Below, one piece after another: positions 11,805 to 24,100 of a DNA stretch of 64,000 nt; position 1 is the stretch's first letter; the number at the start of each line of letters is the position of its first letter. The position numbers and the translations under genes were made by a program. Where the stretch lies: assembly GCA_002269645.1 (NCBI GenBank), contig NIVC01000963.1, forward strand, positions 124,001-188,000, written 5' to 3'. The stretch comes from Macrostomum lignano (lineage: Eukaryota). The notes beneath the pieces were generated by a model that saw only the letters and a program-made list of their open reading frames with translations, was not told the DNA's origin and ran no database searches.

Positions 11805-13596
11805 CTAGATAAGTATTTGTTCTAGTTTAGGTGGGACTAAGACTTACGCAAGTATGGCTCTGAATACAATTGTGTTAAGTCTCGTGTACCCAATTTTGCT
11901 GTTGATCGCAACGTTTACGTATTTTTATTTTATTAATTTTTTTGTTTACTTGTGCCATGGTGGTGGAAAAATCTACTGAATCACGCTGAAAAGCTACCAG
12001 CTTATGCTCACTGGACCGGCGAGAAAAATTAACCCACATTCAGTTTTCCTCGGGTCCACATAATAATCGAAAAATCAGCACAAAACTGAACAAATGCACT
12101 GCACGACTTCAGCTGCCCTTCACGTCGATTAAGAGCCTCAGTAAACGAGGTACCTTTCTTCCCAGGTTGTACTACTAGCTTTTTGTTTAAATAAATCATA
12201 ACTTCCCGGAAAGTATACGCCCCGTTATCACCCAATCGATGTCAGCTAGCTATTATACAGTCAACTGACCCATTGCCCTAAAAGCTATCAATTGATACTT
12301 GATAGTCTTCTTATTTTTTTGTTTTTCCTTTCTAAAATAGACCTAAATCTCATTTACTTGAGTTAAAAGACACACCATTCTTGAAAATTGTTCAAGCAAA
12401 AGTAGGCCTATTTTTTTTATAAAATTTTCATCATTTTGCAATTTTTGGTAATGCATTTTGCCTATTAAGCACTGTCTGTAATCGTTTTTGCCTAAAAACG
12501 TCTTGGTTTACTACTAGTATTATTGATATAATGATATGTTAGGGCCTAATATTATTATTATTATTATTTATTTATTTATAATATTACTTACTATATTATT
12601 GATATACTTTTTTAATTAGGGGGCCTAAGAAATTTCTAAAAGTAATAGGCCTAATAAATGATATGTTGTTTTTTAGCTTTTTTACGGCCATGGCCTTACG
12701 ATTAGGCCTATAAATAAAGAAAAAAACCTAGGTTATATAATTTGTTAAAGTTTAAATTGATAGATAGGCCTGCCTTAGGGGTAGGCCTATGAAAAATACC
12801 AATCAATTTTTTATTTAATACTAGTTATCAAATTTTAATATTATAAATATAATGCATGAACAACTAGGCCCTATTGTAATTTGTAACTATTATTGATAAT
12901 ATAATTTTTTAATATAATATGTCGTACCAAAACATTTAATATATATACCAAAAGCCTAAAACCACTTTTTGTAAGCCAAAAAATAGATAGTGTAGGCAGG
13001 ATCCTATGCTGGTCTGGCTCTACAGATTATATAACTTTTGGCTTTAGGGCTAGCAGCATAGTGCCCATTTTGTGGACAGTGGGGTATACGCCAGAAAATT
13101 CTAGTATATAGTATACTTGATTTCTGTGGCATATACCACTGTATATTTCTTGGCTGTGTACAGTGTGGCATACAGTGTGGTGTATGGCAACTGGCGTAGA
13201 AATTAATATAAAGAATTATTCATGTTTTTTCTGTGTTAAGTTATTTCAAAAACCTTTTTTTGCTAGTATTTTCTCATTTACTAATCATTTTATTACTGGA
13301 ATTGTCACGACAATCGTCATGTCATTATCAATTTTTTGTAGTTTAAATTTAAATTTAAATATTTGTTGCTTTTTTACTATTTTTTAAGTTGGTGTACATT
13401 TAAAATCTATTGGCATACAATTAAAAATTCAATAAAAATGTGTCTGGCGTATACAGAAAACCTTCCGCAATATGGCATAGTGCTAACTCCTATTAGGTCA
13501 TATACTATCCCAGTATAAAAAGTTGCATCTGATAGATGACAAATTGTCTTTGTCGATAAGTACCCCTTATGTATGTCCTAATAAGAGGGCCTATGG

Positions 13597-14185
13597 GGTG
13601 CATGTCAAAATGGCCACACAAAATGTCCTCACGATGGGATAGCCACACCGTCAAAATGGCCACACATCAAAATGGCCATATATCAAAATGGCCACATATA
13701 ACAAATTTTTACAAGTTGTGTATGCGTGAGTTAGTTTAGTTGAGTGAGTTAGTTGAATCAATTTAATGTTAGTTTATTTCATCATACAATGTGCAAATAT
13801 GTTTCTAAAGTTATTTAATTAAGTCTTTATGCTAATGTGTCAAGTTATTCGAGTTATTAGATACTTGCTTATAGTCCAATGTTTATAGAATTTGTAAGAA
13901 ATTGCAGATTGGATTCGAAATTCGACTTGATAATAAATGCATAGGATAATTTCAAATAAGTATGCAAACAAGTTTATATGTCTTTAAACAAATATGTGCC
14001 ACAAAGTAAAATTAAAATTAGTAAAGTCAATAAAATTAGGTTGATGTCCTAATTTCAAATGTCTGGCCATGATGGTACAGCCATCCAAATTTGTTATATG
14101 TGGCCATTTTGACGTGTAGCTATTTTGACAGTGTGGCCATTCTGTTGTAAGGCCATTTGGTGTATGGCCGTTTTGACGTGGATTC
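13597..14185. mobile_element. Non-autonomous TIR element (MITE) with subterminal repeats
   Basis: Left end has tandem CAAAATGGCCAC motifs plus CACATATAACAAATTT. Right end has the inverted AAATTTGTTATATGTG and GGCCATTTTG motifs. Confidence 0.75.
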
Positions 14186-16170
14186 AGCCTATAGTCATGC
14201 AGATACTGATAAAACAAAAATTTTGGATGGTTATAGGACTGACAGATTTTTGTACTATGTATACTATTATGATTATGAGTAGACATTTAAAGATAGCCTA
14301 TTAAAGACTCAAATGCAGAAAATTGAAATGGCTTAATTATTGCCCAAATTTTATTGCTGCATTGTTGTTTTATTGTAAGTGTTATTAAAAAGCATATAAA
14401 AGTTCAAGGTATTCAAGAAAATATACAAGTGTTTTATAATAAAGGCTTCAGCACAAAACAGGAGAAAATGTGACATTTTATAATTACGAGTATTACAATT
14501 ACAAATAATGTGCAGAAAATATTGAAAAATACTTTAAAATTGCTTGGAGAAGCCAATAGTAAACTATTAATGTTCTAAAATCATAAAAGTTTTGAGATAA
14601 ATTATTTATTTGTCACTGGATGACAACAAAAGTTGGGGTCTTTGTGCTGGGTACAAAAACTCAGTAGGCCTAGCAGTAGCAAGGCTAGAAGCGATAGCCA
14701 CTTCCAGCGAGCTGCACACCTTTTAGCAGCATGCTTTTGGATGCGTGCCATTTCTTTTTTGATGGCCTATTCTGATGGCCTCAATTTATCATATGGATAG
14801 ATAAGTACAATTGTGTCTGTGGTAGGAAAAGTTGTATAATTTTTGTAGCACTCATACAGAAAATTAATTTTAATTACTCTCAGTAGTAGAAAAAGAATTT
14901 TTATTAGCAGTCTTTTTAAAACTGTTTTTAACCAAGGATAAGATTTGCATTGTTTTTGCCTACTCTGCATTTTATCTTCTATAATATAGCATATACTCAT
15001 ATTTCATATAAGCTTACTTATATTCAATGGTGGGAAGTTATTTCATCTTCCAATGTTAATTCAAACAATAGTTTTCAGCAAACTCTCAAGTCGTTTTTTC
15101 TTCTCAGCCACTATTTGGCGTAGCATATAGACTGTTGGGTCCAAATCTATTGTAAGGATCCAGCAACACTTATAGAACAATAGCATTATACTATTCACCT
15201 TAGTACTTTGCCCTAACATGTATTGGGCTCAGATAATAGTGGTTCAAATTGTTTAAAGCTGTCTAGTTCTCACTAGTAAAACTTGAATATTTGTTGTCTA
15301 GCTTAACCTCCTCTTCCAACCTTTCAACAATTTGGCTGTCCTCAATAAAGAAAACTATGTATTGTGTCATTGTCTTAGAAATAACAAATTTAGCTTAATA
15401 GCAAAACATAAATCACAGGGTATAATGTCTTTCTATGCCAATTTAAAGTTATATTTCTTCCTCATTTGGCTCTCTATTCCTCATAACCAACCTTGTCATT
15501 GGGCAAATTCCAAGGTCCATTGAAACCCAAAACTGAATTCCAATTGGCTCACTACTCGTAAAGTAAGTTAATTTAGTTTAAGACAAAGCTTCTACTATTA
15601 GTTAGTATTTGACTCTTTGAAATAGAGACTGAAACCTTGAGAATGCCAGACTGCTTTTCTTTGTTCTGCTTTGCCCACTGCTTCATTAAATGCCTTGTAA
15701 CATATCAAAACCAAGATTTATAGCTGTATCACAAACCAATCTATTCTATACATTGGTTTGTGAACCCTAGATCAAATGAAGAGGCTCAAAAAGCTCTTTG
15801 TTATTGGGGGTATGAGTGACTAAACTAGAGGTAGCTAATTTAAAAAATATAAAAATATTGGAAGGAGAGGCTTAAGAAGCTTTCATTTGCTTCTTTATAG
15901 CAGCATCCCTTGCAATTCAGTTCAAAATGAAATTAATACATGTATATACTTCCCTACCAACCCACTACCTGCTTGTTTGCTATCAGTATCAAAGAAGCCT
16001 TTGAAGTGGTTCCTTTTCTGTCCAACTCAGCTCTCATAAAGTAAACAACCTTATGACTTTTAATCTAGATTATTGTTTAGTTCACTGCTTCTACCAATGG
16101 AATAGAAAAGTAACAAACAATGTATTTGGTGCAGCTGGAAATTCAATTCCCTTGGGGAGTAGAAGGAGTG

Positions 16171-16360
16171 CAGTGGCGCAACCAGGGAGGGGGCGGGGGG
16201 GGGGCGGGCGCCCCCCCTTAGGCGGGGGACCGAAAAAAAATCAAAGGGGGGACCAAGCGAATTTTCGCCAAAAACAGAGCCACCCCTCCGCCGCCCCCCC
16301 TCCCGGGACTTTACCCTCAGAATCCGCCCCCCCCTTGAAAAATTTCTGGTTGCGCTACTG
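16171..16360. mobile_element. hAT-type MITE, 190 bp
   Basis: TIR CAGTGGCGCAACCAG / CTGGTTGCGCTACTG; perfect 8-bp TSD AAGGAGTG (16163-16170, 16361-16368). Confidence 0.92.
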
Positions 16361-17534
16361 AAGGAGTGGGCCTGTACAGTATCAAAAATATACCACGCTC
16401 ATATTCCTTTGCATTTTATAGGGTCTCCTGTTGCCCCTTTGCTGCACCAACACCTAAATAGAAAGGCCAACAAAAATTCCCAAATTATATTATAGATAGA
16501 TCAAACTCAATCAGAGCTATTTTTCTAAAAGCAAAGTTAGTCCATTTATTGTCATTTTTATTGAGTTTTTATCAATAATTTTAGAATTAATGACTGTAAA
16601 ATTAATTAAATTTAAGAGAACTAGTCTTGAAAACTAATCAATTGAATAATTGAACCAACTTTTTAGTAAGTTCAAAGTAAGTCCATTTTTTCTACAAGGC
16701 AACCACCTAACCCAACCTAGCTTCTCTCTGTTCTTTCTTTCCAGAGACTTCTAAATATAAGAGCTTGACTGGCAAGGGTTTTGGGCCCCTTGCAAGATGA
16801 GACCTGCTTTTCTAGCCAATAGCTTTAGGGCTAATAGCAGTTTTGCATTGAAGCTGAACAAAAAACAGAGCATTAACTGGGAAGCAAATAGTTTTTTGAT
16901 ATTGCAAACAATTTAAAGCTTTTAAATAAAAAAATTTTGTCAAAGTTTCCTTTCACTAACTTCATAAACAAATATAGTAATTAATTCAATGTATTAAAAT
17001 GCATTCATAATTGTATTGAAGTAAACACAATAGAAATGGATGTTGTTACATTTGCTCAAGTTGGTATATTATAGGTATCTAGTCAATTGAATATTGAACT
17101 ATTATATGAGTAGAATACAAAAATACACAAATGAGTGCTAGATTAAGTGCTAATTAGCTTTACAGATGAAAAATTTTAGTCTTGATGGGCTAGTAGAAAT
17201 GGAAAGCAAAAATTGCTTTAATAAATAATTGGCAAATGGGATGCAAATTTTGCAGGAAAATGGAGCGCTTACTAAAGACTATCAATTAGAATTATTTAGC
17301 AAGTTTTAGCACTTATTCACTTATATTAAGATATTTAAATTTGTTGTTAAGCTTAGAACTTTTGTGCAGACTATTTATCTTTTTGAAAGAACTAGATTCA
17401 ATGGGTCACTTGCTCTGCATTATATTCTTTGATTTACTACATTGACGTGTCACAAACACAAAAGAATATATCCACACAGCACAAATAAATATAGTAAAAT
17501 AAAAAAACAATTACAAAACATAAAGCCATCTATC

Positions 17535-17793
17535 TTACTTATTGGTACTGAGGCCAGAAAGCTTCGCTACTTTCCTGTTTCTTCTGGCAGTGCTGCTTTC
17601 TACTGACAGGTCCTTCGACAGATTTTTCATCATGCAGTTGAAGAAGAACCTGACCATGCCGTCCTGTATGTCATGACCTTTAGAGCAGATTGTGCTTCCA
17701 AAGAAGCTCTCTGGGAAAACATCATCCTCCATTAGCTCATTGCCCGAAATATTTGTTCATGGCAATGACCTCCGGACAATGACTGGCCATTTT
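17535..17793 (-). pseudogene. Possible P-element/THAP9-like transposase C-terminal remnant
   Basis: After a CTCCAG acceptor, a frameshifted reading gives FFGSTICSKGHDIQDGMVRFFFNCMMKNLSK...RRNRKVAKLSGL*. This resembles the C-x-H / hydrophobic helix / RKxxKL ending of P-type transposases (remembered pattern). Confidence 0.35.
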
Positions 17794-17996
17794 CTGGAGG
17801 TAAAAAAACAAGACTGGACAACAATACCATAGGCGAAAAAAGTAACACGAAGCGTGAAATTCTTATATTTATTGAAGTCCAACAAAAAATGTTCCAACAA
17901 TAACACTGCTTAGTCAATTGAGTGCAAGTCTAACCTATGGTCATGTTCTCATCACGACAGCAGGAGAAAGTCCAGAAAATACGACGGTTGAGTCCA

Positions 17997-19452
17997 TTAC
18001 TCAAATTTGCAACCATTGAATGAACAGTTGTGGAAACTGTACCTGACCGACAGATTGTCATGACTGATGCCGGTGATCTGCACGGAAGACGACACAGGTA
18101 CTGGCACCGGTGAACTCTCACGCAATGGAGTCGCAACAGCTTGTGAAGAACCATTCAAATCAAGTGCCATAGAAACAGCCTCACTGGTAGACTGCAGCGA
18201 GCGATCACGGCGCTTGGACAGGTAACGGCGAGTTGTCCTCTCAGAAACCTGACCGGTTATCGACATGATGTCAGCCAGGTTGTACCCAGCAGCCTCTAGA
18301 TCAGCAATCCTGCTCACTCTACAACAGAAATAAAGTATTGCATAGAAAATATGCAACTGGTTTAAAGCAATATGAAGAAAAAGGCTTACCGAATGCAATG
18401 ATTCGTGTACATCTTGGACAAACCGGCCTTCTCGCTCAAGTTTCGCATGAAACGCAGGAAGTAGTTCTCCCGCGATTCTGCTTTGTTGAGAACATAGGCT
18501 GTCCATTGGAATCCGTGTTGGATAGTGGACGCGGGAACAGATGGTTGTCCTTGGTTGTTGGAGGTAGCAGTTGTAGATATCTCCTCACTTTGGCCGTGTC
18601 GTAGATCCGAGCTTGTTTGTTGTCCGGCCTGGCCTTCGCCTTCACAGGATCGGCTGACTTATTCTTCGTTGGCAGAGCAGGAAGACAGTAGTACTCCTTG
18701 CCGTCAGAATCCGTGTGCAATTCAAGCGAGTCCCTTTGTCTCAGGAACTTCAGATGCTCCTGGCCACGCTCTCCAAAGGAGTAAAGAACATAGAACAGAA
18801 ATTTAGCCTGCTCGATTTCAGCCGTAGTCCCTTCAAAGTAGCACCGCAACTTCTGCATGTCGCCTTCTTCAATTGGTTCATACTGCCTGGTGCAGCCACC
18901 ATCTCGATGGAAATCACGAACCTTGACACGCAGCATCTCGTTGCAGGAATTGAATTCCTCACCACCGATTATATCGACAGGCAGCTTCAGAACCATGCGT
19001 AGGAAACGCTGAATTCCAGCCCGGATACAGATGAGAGAGGCCGGCGAGTAGAACGAACCATCCTGTTTCTTCAGCTTGAAGTAGAAGTACCGAAGATATT
19101 GGTTCAATGTAGGATTGTTGACATGCTGAATGTTGCGCAGATTCTCCCCTTCCAGGAAGTCTCGAAAACGTTGGCCATGCTGGTACATCTGCTTCCGAGT
19201 ATCCTCAGGCAGACTCTCGATCTCGATTCTGTCCATCTCGGAAACGTCTATCTTTTCATCTCCATCGATCATTGGCAGCCCAGTATCAGCTGGACCATTT
19301 TGGACATACTTCAGGAACGCATCGAAATCTTCGTCGTGCCGATCAACGGCAGAGGATTCCGAGAGGAAGTTCAGTTCATCCTGCGTGATGTTGCCGAGGT
19401 CCTCACACGGGAGGTTACCCCAATTAATATAATGTATTATCGGGTCGCTCAT
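17997..19452 (-). mobile_element. Crypton-type tyrosine recombinase (DUF3504/KCTD1-ZMYM-like); segments 19452-18469, -1 frameshift, 18468-18390, intron 18389-18319, exon 18318-17997
   Basis: LRYFYFKLKKQDGSFYSPASLICIRAGIQRFL (Crypton core-binding region); FGERGQE (catalytic Arg). After the frameshift: ENYFLRFMRNLSEKAGLSKMYTNHCIR (HxxR). A GTAAG..TTGTAG intron splits the Arg codon. Then ITGQVSERTTRRY (catalytic Tyr) and C-terminal FHNCSF. Confidence 0.88.
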
Positions 19453-19693
19453 GATGGACAGAAAACTCTTGAATCAACAGGTTTGGACAGACTACTTACT
19501 GCCTGGGAATCCCTCACACAAACCCCTTCACCCCCACTGAAAGTTTTGCCATAGACATTTCAACCCTCCATTCAATCAATAGGATTGTCATTGCCATGAA
19601 CTCTCCATGCCTTTTGGCTTTCGTGCCATAGACGTTTGTGCCTCCTCCTTCTGGGCCACTTCGATTCGTGCCATAGATATTTCCTGCAATGAA

Positions 19694-19795
19694 GTTAACT
19701 GGAAGAGAGAACTCCAGGCAACGGCCAAATTTCCACTCGCGGCTAGCGCCGCTCGTGGCTTTGGCCGTTGCCTGGAGTTCTCTCTTCCAGTTAAC
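19694..19795. repeat. Perfect 36-bp inverted repeat with a structured 30-bp spacer (102-bp hairpin)
   Basis: GTTAACTGGAAGAGAGAACTCCAGGCAACGGCCAAA (19694-19729) and its exact reverse complement (19760-19795). Confidence 0.97.
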
Positions 19796-19983
19796 CCCCC
19801 ATTAACTAGACAAAAGAACAGCGCCATCTGATTTGAAGCACAGAGCAATTGGCTTTGCAGCTTTTCATTTCCATGAATATCTTCTAGCAGTGGCTTGCCA
19901 GATTAAAAACAACTTTAGTTGGCTTGGATAGGCCACTGTGGTTGAGCTCATTGATGAAGGCAGCAATAGCTTGCTGAGTGAAT

Positions 19984-20252
19984 TCATTTGATGCAAGCGG
20001 AGACAGGGAATTGGATGTAATTACCAGCAGGGCAGCTGTAGGCTTCGTCGACGAAATGTCTATTGCAGACACACAAGCCTCTTTTGTGGATGAGTGCCAG
20101 CTCAATGAATTCCAGTTAAAGCAGACATTGCCATTCACTGTCACTGGCAACCACATGGTTGCTGGGAAAAGTATGCAGCTGAATGGGTGTCGCTTCGTTT
20201 GATCTCATAAAAATTGAATTTGTGCACCCATAGGCACCGCAGTACCTTGCAT
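19984..20252 (-). pseudogene. THAP zinc-finger domain remnant
   Basis: One frame reads RYCGAYGCTN...LHTFP...W...(TAA at 20118-20116)...VCNRHF, the full C2CH THAP signature. The ATG at 20252 is out of frame by one base; restoring it would give MPRYC. Confidence 0.75.
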
Positions 20253-21100
20253 CAGAATTAATTTTTGGAGCAACTAGCAATTTTTCTTGCCATGCGCACA
20301 CTGACGCTCACCCAAAGAGTAGACACTTTTTGAGCCATAGACTATAACACAAAAATGGCTTAATTCAATGCAGAGTGAAATATCTAAGTGTTTTATTATC
20401 TGCACTTGATCCACAAGATGAGATGAAGCTTGCACAGTCAGCTCTGCACATAGACAAAGCTGAGATAGTTCCAGGTAGGCAGTAAAACCTGCCAGCTACT
20501 TCAAAGTTATGGAAAGGTCTCTAACTTAAAAAATTCAAGTTCTTTCAAATAGAGATGGTCCCACAAGTTGGTAGTTAGAATATTTTCAATGTTTAGTTTT
20601 GTGAATAAGCAAAACCACACATACTTGCCTAGTGCTTTCCTAATAGCAATAAATTTGTACCAGTCTATACTTTTCAAGTCAGAGAAAGTAGCTAAAAACA
20701 TAATAAACTTTCCAGGTGTAGACCATTGTCCTGATGATGTTTGGTCACCAGTATCAAGCTCTGGCTAGTAATGGAACAGATAAAACTAAACATGACATAG
20801 CATACCTCTAGATGGTACATTTGTCTATTGAAGCATTAGTGCAGCTTCATCATTGAAAAGTTGTACTAGCAAGTAGAAGTGCAAGTCACATTCTGCTTTT
20901 GCTAATAAGGTCGTAGTGAAAGCCTTCTAATTTCTTGCTACTTATTAGTAAAATAATTCCTTTAATGCTGCTCTTAATGAATCCAGAAGAAAAATCAACA
21001 CCTCTAAATAGGCAATTTTAATATGCTAAAACTCCCACAGCCTCGTTTTGGACCTTCCCGTTGATCCCCAGTTAAATGAGGACTCAGCGCTCACCGGCCC

Positions 21101-24100
21101 ATGGCTGAGTCATTCGCTGCGGAGTTGTCGAGGCATTCGCGCGGCCTGGCCGAGTGCCGCAAGGAGGCGCTCAAACACCTGGCCCACCTGGCCCTGAGCT
21201 ACAAGCGCCAGCCCAATGTCTGCAGGGCTGTGGTGGACCTGCTGTGCCAGCAGATGGACAAGGTATTCATTCATGGCCGCTACTCTAGCAGTCCCTGGCC
21301 CCGCAACTCTAGCAGTCCCTGGCCCCGCAACTATAGCAGTCCCTGGCCCCGCAACTCCAGCAGTCCCTGGCCCCGCAACTATAGCAGTCCCTGGCCCCGC
21401 AACTCCAGCAGTCCTGGCCCCGCAACTATAGCAGTCCCTGGCCCCGCAACTCCAGCAGTCCCTGGCCCCGCAACTATAGCAGTCCCTGGCCCCGCAACTC
21501 CAGCAGTCCCTGGCCCCGCAACTCCAGCAGTCCCTGGCCCCGCAACTATAGCAGTCCCTGGCCCCGCAACTCCAGCAGTCCCTGGCCCCGCAACTCTAGC
21601 AGTCCCTGGCACCAAAACTCTAGCAGTCCCTGGCCCAATCGCATTCGCAGACTGGCAGCGGCTCGGAGCGAGTCGGCCTGGCCTGCCTCGCCGACTGGCT
21701 GGCCCGCAGCAGCTCGGACGCCTACCGGCCTCTGTTGGCGCCGCACGCCGTGCGCATTTTTGCTAGCGCGCACCAACGCGCCGATTCGCAGGGCCGCGCC
21801 AGGCTGGACAAGGTGCGCCGGTCCTGGTGCGCCATGTTCCACCGCGCCGCTGCCGAGTTGGATCGCATTGCTAGCGGCGGCAGCGGCGGAGGCGGTAGCA
21901 CCATCCTGGGCCTGGACGTGGACGCGGACATTATAGTGCAGTTCGCGCTGAACAAGCAGGGAAAGTCCGAGCAGCGTCAGCAGCCGCAGGAGCAGCAGGA
22001 CGCGCCGTATGATCCGTTTGTTGAGGAGCAGCAGCAGCAGCAGCAGCAACAGCAAAAGCAGCAGAAGCGGCAGAACAGACAGCCGCCGCAGCTGACCGAG
22101 GCGGAGGCCGCCCAGCTGCTCATGTTCAACGCTGACGAGGGCAATCATGGCGGCGGCGGTGTCGAACCGGCCGGCGGGCCTGCCGGCATCAGCCAGGATG
22201 ACAAGCGCAGCCTCTTGGCCTTCATCCATGATGAGCAGGTTGGGCTCGCTCTCTTGTTGCTGGGCAATTGCTGGTAGAGATCAGAGATTGTGGAGAGGTC
22301 AAAGGGATGGTAGAGAGGTCAAAGGGATGATAGAGAGGTCAAAGGGATGATAGAGAGGTCAAAGGGATGGTGGAGAGGTCAAAGGGATGGTAGAGAGGTC
22401 AAAGGGATGATAGAAAGGTCAAAGGGATGGTAGAGAGGTCAAAGGGATGGTAGAGAGGTCAAAGGGATGATAGAGAGGTCAAAGGGATGGTAGAGAGGTC
22501 AAAGGGATGATAGAGAGGTCAAAGGGATGCTAGAGAGGTCAAAGGGATGGTGGAGAGGTCAAAGGGATGGTAGAGAGGTCAAAGGGATGCTATAGAGGTC
22601 AAAGGGATGCTAGAGAGGTCAAAGGGATGGTGGAGAGGTCAAAGGGATGGTGGAGAGGTCAAAGGGATGGTGGAGAGGTCAAAGGGATGGTGGAGAGGTC
22701 AAAGGGATGGTGGAGAGGTCAAGGGGGTGGCAACCATGCTTCTCAATTTGCTCAATAAAGCCTGCCCAACTCAACAATATCCCTCTCTCTCCCCAAGGCT
22801 CCGCTGTTCGCCAACCAAGACCGCAGCCAGTCGGACACAGCTCCACCGGTCTTTGTTCCGCGAATTGCCGCCGCCTCGACGGCCCCTGCCGCAGCGGCCA
22901 CCGCGACGTCGTCTCTGCCGCCTCAGGATGTCGACATGCGCCAGCCGGCGCTGCAGCCGCGTCCTGCGCCAGCCAAGGCGCCGCCGCCGCCCCTGCCGCC
23001 GCCCCCGCCACAGGCTGCCGCGGCTGCCGACCCGCCCGAGCCCGCTGTCCCGGCCGCCGTGGCCGCCCTCGTCGAGGACCTGTACGTGCCGCAGTGCAGC
23101 GAAAGCCGGCCGGCGGCTCCGGCTGCCTACTGCTACTCGCCCGACCTGCGGCATCGCCGTCTCGTCAAGAACATCGACGAGGCGGCGTCGGTGTCGGCGC
23201 CAAAACGGCCGCGGTTTGACGGCTTCGAAGAGGCCTCCTCGCTGCTGCCCAAGCAGGACGTCGACATGAGACGGTTGCCGCCATCCCGACCGCCGCAGGC
23301 GCCTCAACAGCCGCCTCAGCAACCGCCTCCTCCGCCCCAGCAACCACCTCCGCCGCCCCAGCAACCGCCTCCACCCCAGCAGCCCGCCCGTCATCAGCAG
23401 TCGCCTCGGAAGCAGTCGGGTCGCTGGCAGCGGATGCAGCTAGCCTGGCACGTGAACGTGCCCGGCTTTCCAGGCTTCCCTCAGATCGGCTTCGATCCCC
23501 GGCTGCTGCGCAAGGCCTACGAGTCCAAGAAGTACATCCCGGACCCCAACCTGTGCTGCCACCCCTTGCTGCTGGAGGGCCTGTACCGTCCGCTGTTCAC
23601 CAACAGGCTGCAGCCGTGCGCAGCCGTGGACGGCAAGCTGCGGGCGGTGCGGTACACCGGGCCGCCAGTCACCCTGCTGGTTGATGGCCAGAAATTCTCT
23701 GTGCCCACTGCTGGCATTGTGCGGCTGCAGCTGGCCTCTGGCAGGCTCATGCAGCAGCAGCAGCAGAAAATGCAACAGCTGCAGAAGCAGAAACAGCCGG
23801 AGCACAGTGAGGTGAGTGAAGTTTTAGGGAGTCGACTGGAGTCACTTCTTTCCTATTTTACCTGTGTTATCTGCAACCGGACGCTTCCTCTTGGACTGGG
23901 GGTACCGTTTTCATCGGGTTCGGAGTTCGGACTCTAGCATTGACAAAATGGCACTGCGATTCTAAGAAAGCTCATTTCTTTTGAACCAGTGCCTACTATT
24001 AGTGGTAGTAGTTTTCGGGCACTCGATGGGCCACTCAGCAAGCTGCTTTCAGTTCAGTAGTATGTTAAGCAAAAGGATTAGAATTATTTTTAAAGTCAAG

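Noticed and set aside
15000-15560. Coding-looking minus-strand stretch
   Set aside because: Many stops and no identifiable family; at most an ancient TE relic.
17440-20345. Candidate termini for the Crypton/P-like element (CATAGAC at 20337; similar TGACG..TCAC motifs at ~17445 and ~20304)
   Set aside because: No matching inverted partner or TSD was found, so boundaries are left undefined.
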